The position numbers and the translations under genes were made by a program. The notes below the pieces were generated by a model that saw nothing but the letters and a program-made list of their open reading frames with translations, ran no database searches and was not told where the DNA came from. A stretch of DNA of 35,327 nt, taken from Limisphaerales bacterium (GTDB taxonomy: Bacteria; Verrucomicrobiota; Verrucomicrobiia; Limisphaerales; UBA11358). The stretch is from the NCBI GenBank assembly GCA_043749955.1, contig JAYVCM010000148.1, positions 1 through 35,327 on the forward strand, written 5' to 3'. Shown here one piece after another: positions 28,401-35,327 of this stretch (position 1 is its first letter; every line of letters starts with the position of its first letter).

Positions 28401-31400
28401 AGGTCGTGCTGCTCGGCAACCCGGCCACGTTCTCCGTGACTGCGGGCGGCACCGCGCCGTTGAGTTATTTCTGGTCGCGGAACAGCGTGCTGATTCCGGG
28501 CGCGACGAATTTCTTCTACACGCTGAACAACGCGCAGTTTGTTGACTCCGGCAAAAAATTCAGTTGCCTCGTCAGCAACGCCTACGGCCTCGCCAGCAGC
28601 ACCAACTCGTCGCTCAAGGTCATCAACACCATCTCGAACGATTTGTGCAGCGGCGCGGTCCTCGTCACGAGCGCCAGCTACACCAACATGCAGACCACGG
28701 CGCCGGCGAGTTCCTACGGCGATCCCCTGCCCGGCTGCGTGGACGGCTTTGGCAACGGCGTGTGGTATCAGTTCACCGCGCCGGTCGGCGGCCTGCTCGC
28801 CGTGGACACCTACGGCAGCGACTTCGACACCGGGCTGGCGATCTACACCGGCGGCTGCGGCTCGCTCGCGCAACTGGACTGCAACGACGACACGGACGGC
28901 GTCACCTCGGCGCTCACCATCCCGACGACGGCGGGTGTGACGTATTATTTCCTCATCGGCGGCTACAACGCGCACGTCGGCAACCTGGTTTTCCACCTGA
29001 ACCATTTCACGCCGCCCGCGTTTGATGTCCAGCCGACGAATATTTCCGTCGTCGTGAGCAGCAACGGAAATTTCAGCGCCACGCTCTCCGGCTCGTTGCC
29101 GATGCGCCTGCAATGGTATTTTAACAGCTTGCCGCTCGCGGACGGCGGGCGCATCAGCGGCGTGACGAATTCAACATTGAACATCGCGAACGTGTTGACG
29201 AACGATGGCGGAAATTATTTTCTCGTCGCGTCGAACTTTGTCGGCGTCACGACCAGTTCCGTCGCGGTGCTGACGCCGATAATTTTGCCGCCGTTCTTCC
29301 TTCAGCAGCCATTGAGTCAGTCAATCCTTATCGGCTCAAACGTCACCTTCACCGCCGTGGTGGACGGCACACCGCCCTACGCCTACCAATGGAATTTCAA
29401 CGGCAATCCCCTTGCCGATGACGGCGTCCACATCACCGGCGCGATGACGCCGAGCTTGAGCATTTCCAACCTTACCACGGCGGACGCGGGAAGTTATACC
29501 TTGACCGTCACCAACGTTGTCGGTTCCACGAACACCACCGCTGTGCTGACCGTGCTGGTGCCGCCGAGCATCACGTTGAACCCGGTTGGCCGCTCCGTGC
29601 CGTCCGGGTTGCCGACGACATTCAATGCGTCCGCTTCAGGCATTCCAACGCCAAGTTATCAGTGGCAGTTGAACGGCACCAACATTCCCGGTGCGACGGG
29701 TTTGAGTTACAGCATCGGGGCGGTCGGAACAAACAATCTTGGTTTTTATCATCTGGTCGCCAGCAACTCGGTCGGCGTCGCGGTCAGCGCTGACGCGCAA
29801 CTGACGTTCGGCCCGGTCGCCGCGTGGGGCAGAAATCTTTCCAACGAGTCGCTGCCGCCGCCAAACTTGAGCGACGTCATCGCCATCGCGGGAACTTCCG
29901 GCGCCGGTTTTGCCGTGCGAACCAATGGCCGCATCGTCGCCTGGGGCGGCGGCAGCGTGACCAATGTTCCGGCGAATGCGACCAACATCGTGGCCATTGC
30001 TTCGTCCGGCAACGGCGCAACCGCCACGCTGCGGGCCGACGGCATCGTGGTTGGCTGGAATGGAGCCGCCCTGCCCCCGTTGAGCAACGTCGTTTCCGTC
30101 GCCGTCGGCAATCTGCTTTTTGGCGTGGTCGCGCGCGCCGACGGAACCGTCGCCGGCTGGGGAGCCACTCCTTACAGCACCATCCCCGCCGGACTGAACC
30201 AGGTCACCGCCGTCGCCGGCGGACAATCGCATTCACTGGCGTTGCGGAGTAACGGCACGGTGGCCGCGTGGGGCACTGGTGCTGGAACCAATGTTCCCGT
30301 CGGACTGGCAAACGTGACCGCGATCGCGGCAGGTTATTCTCACAGCCTCGCGCTGAAATCCAACGGCACTGTCGTCGCTTGGGGAAGCGGAAAAGGCACC
30401 AATCTTCCGTCCGGGCTGACCAACATCGCGGCCATTTCCGCCAGCACCTATGTATCCGGACAAACTTTATGTCTTGCCGTCCGTTCCAACGGCACCGTCG
30501 TCGCCTGGGGTGATAACCTGAACAGTGAAACCAATGTGCCCGCCGCCATGAGTAATTTGGTTTCCATCGCTGTTGCCGCCGCGCCATTTCATGGCCTCGC
30601 CTTGGTCAACGACGGCGGCCCGGTCATCATTCATCCGCCCATCGGCCTCACGGCTTACACGGGACGCGATGTGACCCTCCACGGCGATGCCGTCGGCGCC
30701 CAGCCGTTGAACTATCAATGGCTGCTGAATGGCACGAACATCCCTGAAGCGACCAACACGAGCCTCATCCTTTCCAACATCCAGTTCAGCAACGCGGGAA
30801 GTTATCAATTGTTCGTCAGCAATTCCGTCAGCACGGCGGCCAGCCTGCCCGCGCCGGTGAACGTCATCGTCGGCCCGCTGACCATTTTGACCCAGACCAC
30901 CGCGTCGCCGACGAACTTGTATCAAGGCGGCAAGTTCACCGTGGGCGGCGTCACCGTGCAAGGCAGCGGCCCGCTGCGTTACCAATGGTTCTTCTCGCGG
31001 ACGAATAATAATTACGCCGCGATTTCGGGTGCGACGAACGACACGCTGGTGAAAGACCCGGCGCTCGCGCTGGACACGGGAAATTATTACGTCGCCATCA
31101 GCAACCTCGTCAGCGGCATCACCAGCGCGCCGGTGGCAGTGCGCGTGTTGTTCGCCAAGGCGTGGGGTTATGCCGCCGTCACCAATCCGCCGGTCAACGT
31201 GACCAACGCCGTCGCCCTCGCCACCGGCAGTTCCGGTTTTAATCCGTCTGGTGGCCAATACTTCGCGCTCGGCGCGGACGGCAGGCTCACGTCGTGGGCT
31301 AACAACTCGCCAATCTACGGCGAGACAAACGTATCGGCGTTGAGCAACTCCATCGTCACCGCCATCGCGGCAGGCAATCAAACCAGCCTCGCCCTCAAGT

Positions 31401-33214
31401 CCGACGGAACCGTATATGCGTGGGGCTACGGCGGCTATGGCCAGACCAATTCGCCCGCCAATTTGAACAGCGTCGTGGCCATCGCGTGCGGCGGTTATCA
31501 CGATCTCGCGTTGAAGGCGGACGGCACGGTCGTCGGCTGGGGCGCATCGGGATCTGCGGGATCACAGTTCAATTACGGCCAGGCCACCAACAATCCCGCC
31601 GCCACCAACGTCGTCGCCATCGCCGCCGGCTCCTCCCACAGCCTCGCCCTGCGCGCGGATGGAACCGTGGTAGGTTGGGGTGCCTCCACCGGTTTGTCTT
31701 TGTTTCCGGCCACAGCCACAAATCTGATCGCCATCGCTGCCGGTTCCGGTTTGAGTTTGGCGTTGCGCGCCAACGGAACCGTGGTTGAGTGGGGAACGGA
31801 CAGTTCCAGTTATCCGGTTCCGCAGAATTTGAGCAATGTCGTGGCAATCTCCGGCTCATCCGCGCATTTCACCGCGCTAAAAAATGACGGCACAGTTGTA
31901 ACCTGGGGTTATGAATTCCAAACCCCCGCCACAAACTACATCCCAACCGACCTGACCAACGTCATCGCCATCGCCAGCGGCGGCGACCACGACATCGCGC
32001 TTTTCGGCACGCGCGCGCCGGCCTTCACCGTGCAGCCGTGGAACCGCAGCGTCGCCACCAACACCACCGTCAAGATCACCCTGACCGGCAAATGCGCGGG
32101 CGTGCAGCCCGTCAGTTATCAATGGCTGCTCAATGGCACGAACCTGCCGGGCGCGACGGGTGATTCGTTGATTTTGACAAACCAACCCGTGTTCTCTCCG
32201 GGCGGGCCAATTCAATTTATCAAGCCCGGCACTTACCAATTGGTCGCCAGCAACGCTTACGGCGTCGCCGTCAGCAAGCCCGCCAAGATCACCGCGTTTT
32301 ACCCGCTTGGCGATGCTTTGGACACAACGGATGTGAGGGGTAATTCGCCCTACAACTGGATCACCACCGGCAACGCGCAATGGTTCGGCCAGACGGCCAT
32401 CACGCACGACGGCATTGACGCCGCGCGCAGCGGCGGCATCGGCGGCTCGCAGGAAACCATCATGCAGACCACGCTCGGCACGAACACCGCCGGCACCGTC
32501 ACGTTCTGGTGGAAAGTTTCCTCCGAGCAGTTCTTCGACACGCTCGAGTTCCGCGTCAACGGCGCCGTGCAGGCCGTCATCTCCGGCGAGGTGGACTGGA
32601 CGCAGGCCAGCATCCCCGTGGCCGCCGGCACGAACGTGCTCATGTGGCGCTACTCCAAAGACGGCTCGTTCGACTCCGGTTTCGATGCGGGCTTTGTAGA
32701 TCAATTTGCCTTCGCGTCCGCGCCCGTCATCAACGTCCAGCCCGCCGGCGTGGTGGCGAACCTGGGCCAGACCGTGCTGCTCACCGTCAGCGCGGCCGGC
32801 GTGCCGCAGCTCGGCTATCAATGGCGGCAAAATGGAAACGCGGTCGGCGGCAACAGCTCCGTGCTGACCTTGAACAATGTCGCCCGCGCCCAGGATGGAA
32901 TTTATTCCGTGACCGTCACCAACAGCGGCGGCATGGCCGTCAGCAGCAACGCCCTCGTGCAGGTGCTGGTGCCACAACTCCTCGGCACGCCCGTGCTGCT
33001 GCCGGATGGCACGTTGCAGCTCACCTCGACCGATGCAAACGGCGGACTGCTCTCACCGGCCGACCTCGCGAACTTCGAGGCGCAGGCCAGCACCAACCTC
33101 GTGAACTGGACGACGCTGCCCGGCGCCTTGAGCCTCACGAACGGAATGTTGCAATTGCAGGATGCCGCGCGGACAAATTTCAACGCGCGCTACTACCGCA
33201 TTCTCGAGCACTGA
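22493..33214 (+). CDS. Giant secreted modular protein (3573 aa): 5 LamG-like jellyrolls, IPT/TIG, FG-GAP/VCBS propeller, multiple Ig-like domains, two RCC1-like repeat regions, C-terminal tail domain
   Basis: Signal peptide; LamG motifs 'WYHVAxTYDG...IDExSIYNRAL'; DLDGDGxxD repeats; Ig 'P..YQW..NG.....AG.Y.....N'; RCC1-like 'IAAGxSHSLALxxDGTVVxWG'. Confidence 0.95.
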   Translation: MKRIAKFSPGKLLSIGLTILAALAVAAVNLQAACTPPPSGLVAWWQAEGNANDFTGAHNGALSGSGATYAGGRVGQGFRFDGTNGYVAIPDSAALKPANVTVEAWVWLDPNVSPGTEVIVFKKNSWSFLFEGYNLAKEHMDNGNGTFSDRFSFVITSGGNQVITRSTTVVQRGVWYHVAGTYDGSKATIWVNGAAQASNIAGFALDYGTRPVFIGATGEAAPYDNFLAGIIDEASIYSRALATNEIAALYSAGSAGKCASVAPVCVTPPSGLISWWPGEGSATDVIGGNTGTWAGTGSLNSYGSGMVGQEFVFDGTHRDRVSVGSPANLQLQNFTIEAWIKRSSSTVASLDENFQDGTLAGPDGVVFGWGDGGYSLTVADDGKLGMSKIGVDVSYAPPAVTNTNWHHVAVTKSGTQLVFYVDGVTQPSPTINPYNSIFTFTTAAAIGSRGDGGGNTFYGKVDELSIYNRALSANEITAIYNAGSAGKCATVATTCTPPASGIVGWWPAEANANDIAGTNHGTLQGGLGFAPGEVSQAFNFNPAQSGTAVFIPASSILDVGAGAGFTLETWIKPTDVTHSHPMFEWNDLTYWGVHFNVEPGPGQLYANIPDSGGFWHQLSSASGVVVSNVFQHVALTYDKASGLATIYRNGQMVAQQNFGSFTPRTAGRALYLGRRPAPSGEQMTFAGAMDEPAVYNRALSSNEIAAIYLAGSAGKCMSIPPAAPAVPAISSFAPAAGTNGTVVTISGTNFSATAFSNIVYFGAVKAMVLAASSNSLTVTVPAGSTFAPITATVGGLTGYSGKMFEPTFTGNGSNITSSSFAPSFNLTTGNGPQCAVIADLDGDGRPDIALPCGDAHVIAIFRNIGTNGTPLGAASFAPRVDLSLPTNGTAGNPYRLRALDLDGDGKLDLVVCEVNGNRVVVFRNVAAPGTLAANSFETPFVLFAGNDCRFATAADLDADGRVDMVALNYGDKTISIFKNIGGAGSLAANSFAPPVVLAAPGGPYDATLADLDGDGKPDLAVANPDNNTVSIYQNLATAGSLNTNSFAARRDLAGGTNPETIAAVDLDGDGRLDLAVGSVQSDNVNVYRNIHAGGPLTTNSFAPQVDFGTPGWMHTVSVADFNGDGKPDLGVVGELGSYMAIFQNTSTPGSFTVNSFAPRVDFGTGWNPWGIAAGDLDGDGRPDIVFCNQYDSNIQIYQNAVPFGAPPPPPPSCTPPASGLVGWWPGEGNASDNVGTNHALLFGGATYAAGKVGQGFRLDGTNSYLQIPDSAALKPANLTVEAWVWFDPNVTGARNEQVVFKKNTWNAFFEGYSLLKEDVDNGNGTYTGRFSFVITSGGNQVITRSTSAIQRGVWYHVAATYDGSTQKLFVNGVLEASAVAGFALDYDTQPLFVGSTGIPGNYVNYLAGIIDEPSIYNRALATNEIAAIYNAGSAGKCGSPAAACTPAPANLVAWLRAEGNLSDSAGTNTGTQSGGVAYNSGEAGQGFYFNGSSQIKLSASPGLNVGASSGLTLETWIRPGHFTLYEPQFVFEWNDGAGNSGVHFTLSTDHGVFGDGFGNIYVNVVDTLGNSHGIFTATNVLVTNALQHVAFTYDKTSGNAVIYVNGLVLASTNLGSFTPQTSYDLYLANRVSGPFAGSYFNGQLDEPSIYNRALSVSEIQAIYNAGSAGKCVDNGVPPVAVTLLNVDFDGGDVPQKTGFAAAGISTNDFWNYYTRNDGNGGWRTSGSLTNLKNADGSVTAAGLTVNNAPGSWGSASTDFMYAGYIYPFDGGNVTVTITNLPAGTYDVLPYSPNGNFDVAVGAMNYGTRTCIENPVVNPPVWQPGVQYVRFTNVVVNAGQPLVLTVHPGVGDSALIAGLQIALSSLTNALPPPPVAPAIMMQPTNVTVLAGNPAVFSITAQGSALLTYQWRFNGTNIAGATGATLTLSNVQPALAGNYSVLVSNFVGTATSSNAVLNVLAPPTIISQTPSQVVLLGNPATFSVTAGGTAPLSYFWSRNSVLIPGATNFFYTLNNAQFVDSGKKFSCLVSNAYGLASSTNSSLKVINTISNDLCSGAVLVTSASYTNMQTTAPASSYGDPLPGCVDGFGNGVWYQFTAPVGGLLAVDTYGSDFDTGLAIYTGGCGSLAQLDCNDDTDGVTSALTIPTTAGVTYYFLIGGYNAHVGNLVFHLNHFTPPAFDVQPTNISVVVSSNGNFSATLSGSLPMRLQWYFNSLPLADGGRISGVTNSTLNIANVLTNDGGNYFLVASNFVGVTTSSVAVLTPIILPPFFLQQPLSQSILIGSNVTFTAVVDGTPPYAYQWNFNGNPLADDGVHITGAMTPSLSISNLTTADAGSYTLTVTNVVGSTNTTAVLTVLVPPSITLNPVGRSVPSGLPTTFNASASGIPTPSYQWQLNGTNIPGATGLSYSIGAVGTNNLGFYHLVASNSVGVAVSADAQLTFGPVAAWGRNLSNESLPPPNLSDVIAIAGTSGAGFAVRTNGRIVAWGGGSVTNVPANATNIVAIASSGNGATATLRADGIVVGWNGAALPPLSNVVSVAVGNLLFGVVARADGTVAGWGATPYSTIPAGLNQVTAVAGGQSHSLALRSNGTVAAWGTGAGTNVPVGLANVTAIAAGYSHSLALKSNGTVVAWGSGKGTNLPSGLTNIAAISASTYVSGQTLCLAVRSNGTVVAWGDNLNSETNVPAAMSNLVSIAVAAAPFHGLALVNDGGPVIIHPPIGLTAYTGRDVTLHGDAVGAQPLNYQWLLNGTNIPEATNTSLILSNIQFSNAGSYQLFVSNSVSTAASLPAPVNVIVGPLTILTQTTASPTNLYQGGKFTVGGVTVQGSGPLRYQWFFSRTNNNYAAISGATNDTLVKDPALALDTGNYYVAISNLVSGITSAPVAVRVLFAKAWGYAAVTNPPVNVTNAVALATGSSGFNPSGGQYFALGADGRLTSWANNSPIYGETNVSALSNSIVTAIAAGNQTSLALKSDGTVYAWGYGGYGQTNSPANLNSVVAIACGGYHDLALKADGTVVGWGASGSAGSQFNYGQATNNPAATNVVAIAAGSSHSLALRADGTVVGWGASTGLSLFPATATNLIAIAAGSGLSLALRANGTVVEWGTDSSSYPVPQNLSNVVAISGSSAHFTALKNDGTVVTWGYEFQTPATNYIPTDLTNVIAIASGGDHDIALFGTRAPAFTVQPWNRSVATNTTVKITLTGKCAGVQPVSYQWLLNGTNLPGATGDSLILTNQPVFSPGGPIQFIKPGTYQLVASNAYGVAVSKPAKITAFYPLGDALDTTDVRGNSPYNWITTGNAQWFGQTAITHDGIDAARSGGIGGSQETIMQTTLGTNTAGTVTFWWKVSSEQFFDTLEFRVNGAVQAVISGEVDWTQASIPVAAGTNVLMWRYSKDGSFDSGFDAGFVDQFAFASAPVINVQPAGVVANLGQTVLLTVSAAGVPQLGYQWRQNGNAVGGNSSVLTLNNVARAQDGIYSVTVTNSGGMAVSSNALVQVLVPQLLGTPVLLPDGTLQLTSTDANGGLLSPADLANFEAQASTNLVNWTTLPGALSLTNGMLQLQDAARTNFNARYYRILEH

Positions 33215-33234
33215 AGAATTCCGGATCCAGAAAA

Positions 33235-33263
33235 GCCCCGCCGGCAACGGCGGGGTTTTTTTT
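33235..33263 (+). terminator. Rho-independent terminator of the giant gene
   Basis: GCCCCGCCG-GCAA-CGGCGGGGT followed by a T-tract, 20 nt after the stop; an upstream A-tract suggests bidirectionality. Confidence 0.88.
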
Positions 33264-33429
33264 GTGGCGGCAGCCATCCTTGCCTGCCGTAGAGCCGGGC
33301 TGCCAGCCCGGCGGAAAAAATCTTGCAGCAATCAATGATGTGAATCTGTTGCGGACGGTTTGAAATTCAGGCGCATTTTTCCGGGCGGCTGGAAGCCACC
33401 CTCTACGTCAGGCAAGATGCCTGACCCAC
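33264..33429. repeat. Composite REPIN-like inverted pair
   Basis: GTGGCGGCAGCCATCCTTGCCTGCCGTAGAGCCGGGCTGCCAGCCCGGCGGAAAA ... TTTTCCGGGCGGCTGGAAGCCACCCTCTACGTCAGGCAAGATGCCTGACCCAC. Confidence 0.75.
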
Positions 33430-33432
33430 CAG

Positions 33433-34065
33433 CTATTCCCGCACCACGCCGATTTCCGCCGCCGAGGTCCACGCCTCGCCGTTGATTTCCGAGAGGGCCT
33501 TGAGCTTGATGAACCGGCACGCGTGCGGTGCGAACGAAACGGTCTTCAAATCTTTTCCGCCGGCAAACTCGCCCTTCGCCACCGGCTGGCCAAAATCATC
33601 GCCGTTGTTGCTGATGAAAAATTCGTAGCTCTTGATGTCGCCGTGGTCGTTCTCACCCTGGCGCGGCAGGTAGCTGAAACCTTTGATGGTGCCGGGCGTT
33701 GCCAGCTCGATGACAATCTCATGCGGATGCTCCGGGGTCGCGTCCTGCCACTGCGTGTGCCAGATCGTGTCCGGGTCGCCATCCACAGCGTTCTCCCCCT
33801 TGGCGTCCTCGCCGGCGGTTTCCGCGCTGTCCACCCGCACGACCGCCAGTCCGCCGTGAAAAACCGGCGGTGCCACCGGAGCCACGATGACGGGAGCGGC
33901 GGGTGTGGCGGACGGCGTGACCGGAGTCACGGACGCGGCCGGCGCAACGGTCGCCGCGTTCACGACCACCGGCGCGCGCATCGGCGGTTGGTCGCTCGCG
34001 CAACTGCACGCCAGCAACGCCACGCCGGCGGCGCTGGCCAGAAGGAAAGGGAAATTTGTGTTCAT
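33433..34065 (-). CDS. Discoidin (F5/8 type C, CBM32-like) domain lipoprotein with Pro/Ala-rich linker
   Basis: LLACSC lipobox-like; NAVDGDPDTIWHTQW, YLPRQ, TSAAEI. Confidence 0.87.
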   Translation of the reverse strand: MNTNFPFLLASAAGVALLACSCASDQPPMRAPVVVNAATVAPAASVTPVTPSATPAAPVIVAPVAPPVFHGGLAVVRVDSAETAGEDAKGENAVDGDPDTIWHTQWQDATPEHPHEIVIELATPGTIKGFSYLPRQGENDHGDIKSYEFFISNNGDDFGQPVAKGEFAGGKDLKTVSFAPHACRFIKLKALSEINGEAWTSAAEIGVVRE

Positions 34066-34131
34066 GGTTTTTTGGTTTTGGTTGTTCGGAGGCGGAAAAT
34101 TTTTAGCAGATAACCGCCGGCGCATCCAGCC

Positions 34132-34440
34132 GCAGTGGGACAGGCATCTTGCCTGTCGAGTTTAGAAACCATTTCCCAAAAATCTGGCAGGCGAATGACG
34201 GCAGACGAATCGCCGGATAATTCCCTCTTTCATTCGCCTGCCCCCATTCGTCTGCTAAAAACAGTTTTAGGGACCGAAATGGCAACTAGAGACCTCTGCA
34301 AAACGGCAGTTCACGCGCGACGGAGCGCCGGTCTCCGACCCGGCGCGTTGGTAAATCACACGGGTTCGAGCCGGGTCGGAGACCGGCGTTCCGGTTTTGC
34401 AGATGTTTCAACTGGATAGGAGAGACGCCTGTCCCACTAC
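34132..34440. repeat. Nested REP/MITE-like composite
   Basis: Outer arms GCAGTGGGACAGGCATC ... GACGCCTGTCCCACTAC. Inner GGCAGGCGAATG/CATTCGCCTGCC pair. Inner 16-bp IR pair 34289-34304/34394-34409 encloses a GGAG REP doublet at 34322-34392. Confidence 0.75.
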
Positions 34441-35327
34441 CGGCGCGCATTCAGCCGCGCCAGCAGTTTGCCGTGGATGCCGCCGAAGCCGCCGTTGCTG
34501 AACACCACCACCACCTCCCCGCCCTGCACGCTTTTGGCGAGGTGCGCCACGATGGCGTCCGCGTCCGGCAGATACGCCGTCGGCTTGCCCGTCGCGCCGA
34601 TGTCCTGCATCAACTTCTCCGGATTCAACCGCTCCTCCGGCCCGAGCAGTTCCAGCCGCGCCACCTGCGCAACAATCACCGCATCCGCATCCACAAAGGA
34701 CGCGGCGAGCTCCGCCTGAAAATAATTCCGCCGCGTCGTGTTGGTGCGCGGCTCGAAGACCGCCCAGATTTTTTCTTTCGCGTAACGGGTGCGCAGCGCG
34801 CGCATCGTCTCGCGGATGGCCGTCGGGTGATGGCCAAAATCGTCAATCACCGTCACGCCGCCCGCGATGCCTTTGATTTCCATGCGCCGCTTGATGCCCT
34901 TGAACGTGGCGAAGGCCGACTGGATTTGCTTGTTCGACAGGCCGCAATGTTTCGCCGCCCCGATGACTGCCAGCGCGTTGCGCACATTGAATTCGCCGCC
35001 CAGCTCCAGGTGAAACTTGAAGCTGGGAATCTCAAACGTCGTCGCCGTCGGGCCGAAGTTCAGGTTGAAACCCTTCACCGCATTGTCCGCGCCGAGGCCG
35101 AAGCGTTTCACCGGACAATGCGTCACGTTCAACAGCGGCGCAAGATTTGCGTCGTCGCCGTTGCCGAGCAGCAAACCGTTGCGCGGCACGAGCCGGATGA
35201 AGTGGGAGAAAGTTTTTTTGATCGCCGCGAGATTTTCAAAAATGTCCGCGTGGTCATATTCCAAATTATTGATGATGGCCACTTCCGGCAGGTAGTGGAT
35301 GAACTTGCTGCGCTTGTCGAAAAATGC
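34437..35327 (-). CDS. mpl: Murein peptide ligase (Mur ligase family), 5' part outside the window
   Basis: AFFDKRSKFIHYLP, NNLEYDHADIF, DDFGHHPTAI, FEPRTNT, FSNGGFGGIH are Mpl-type signatures. Confidence 0.85.
   Translation of the reverse strand, partial: AFFDKRSKFIHYLPEVAIINNLEYDHADIFENLAAIKKTFSHFIRLVPRNGLLLGNGDDANLAPLLNVTHCPVKRFGLGADNAVKGFNLNFGPTATTFEIPSFKFHLELGGEFNVRNALAVIGAAKHCGLSNKQIQSAFATFKGIKRRMEIKGIAGGVTVIDDFGHHPTAIRETMRALRTRYAKEKIWAVFEPRTNTTRRNYFQAELAASFVDADAVIVAQVARLELLGPEERLNPEKLMQDIGATGKPTAYLPDADAIVAHLAKSVQGGEVVVVFSNGGFGGIHGKLLARLNARR

Overview
GC-rich bacterial chromosomal window. Gene content, REP-like palindrome families and the style of the giant secreted proteins suggest Verrucomicrobiota (Pedosphaera-like); this is an inference. 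It holds two giant modular secreted-protein genes: a beta-helix/DUF11/Calx-beta/TolB-like propeller gene (170-6350, minus) broken by a +1 frameshift in a G6 run, and a 3573-aa LamG x5/IPT/FG-GAP/Ig/RCC1 gene (22493-33214, plus). Between and around them are housekeeping genes (argA, hisC, split pta, glgC, partial mpl, two SCO proteins, L,D-transpeptidase, anaerobic sulfatase maturase, zinc-ribbon, EVE, TlpA, DUF3309, DUF4230, discoidin lipoprotein) and two PIN-type toxin-antitoxin pairs flanking hisC. The non-coding DNA is highly structured. It has many REP/REPIN-like palindrome pairs from several families, one inserted in-frame into a coding gene with 9-bp flanking direct repeats. It also has a diverged copy of the hisC 3' end that forms a promoter-like sequence for a TA module, a ~44-bp motif repeated in three consecutive intergenic regions, and two identical 36-bp hairpin repeats with a 30-bp spacer upstream of the largest gene. 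No rRNA, tRNA, transposase, integrase or cas gene was recognised.
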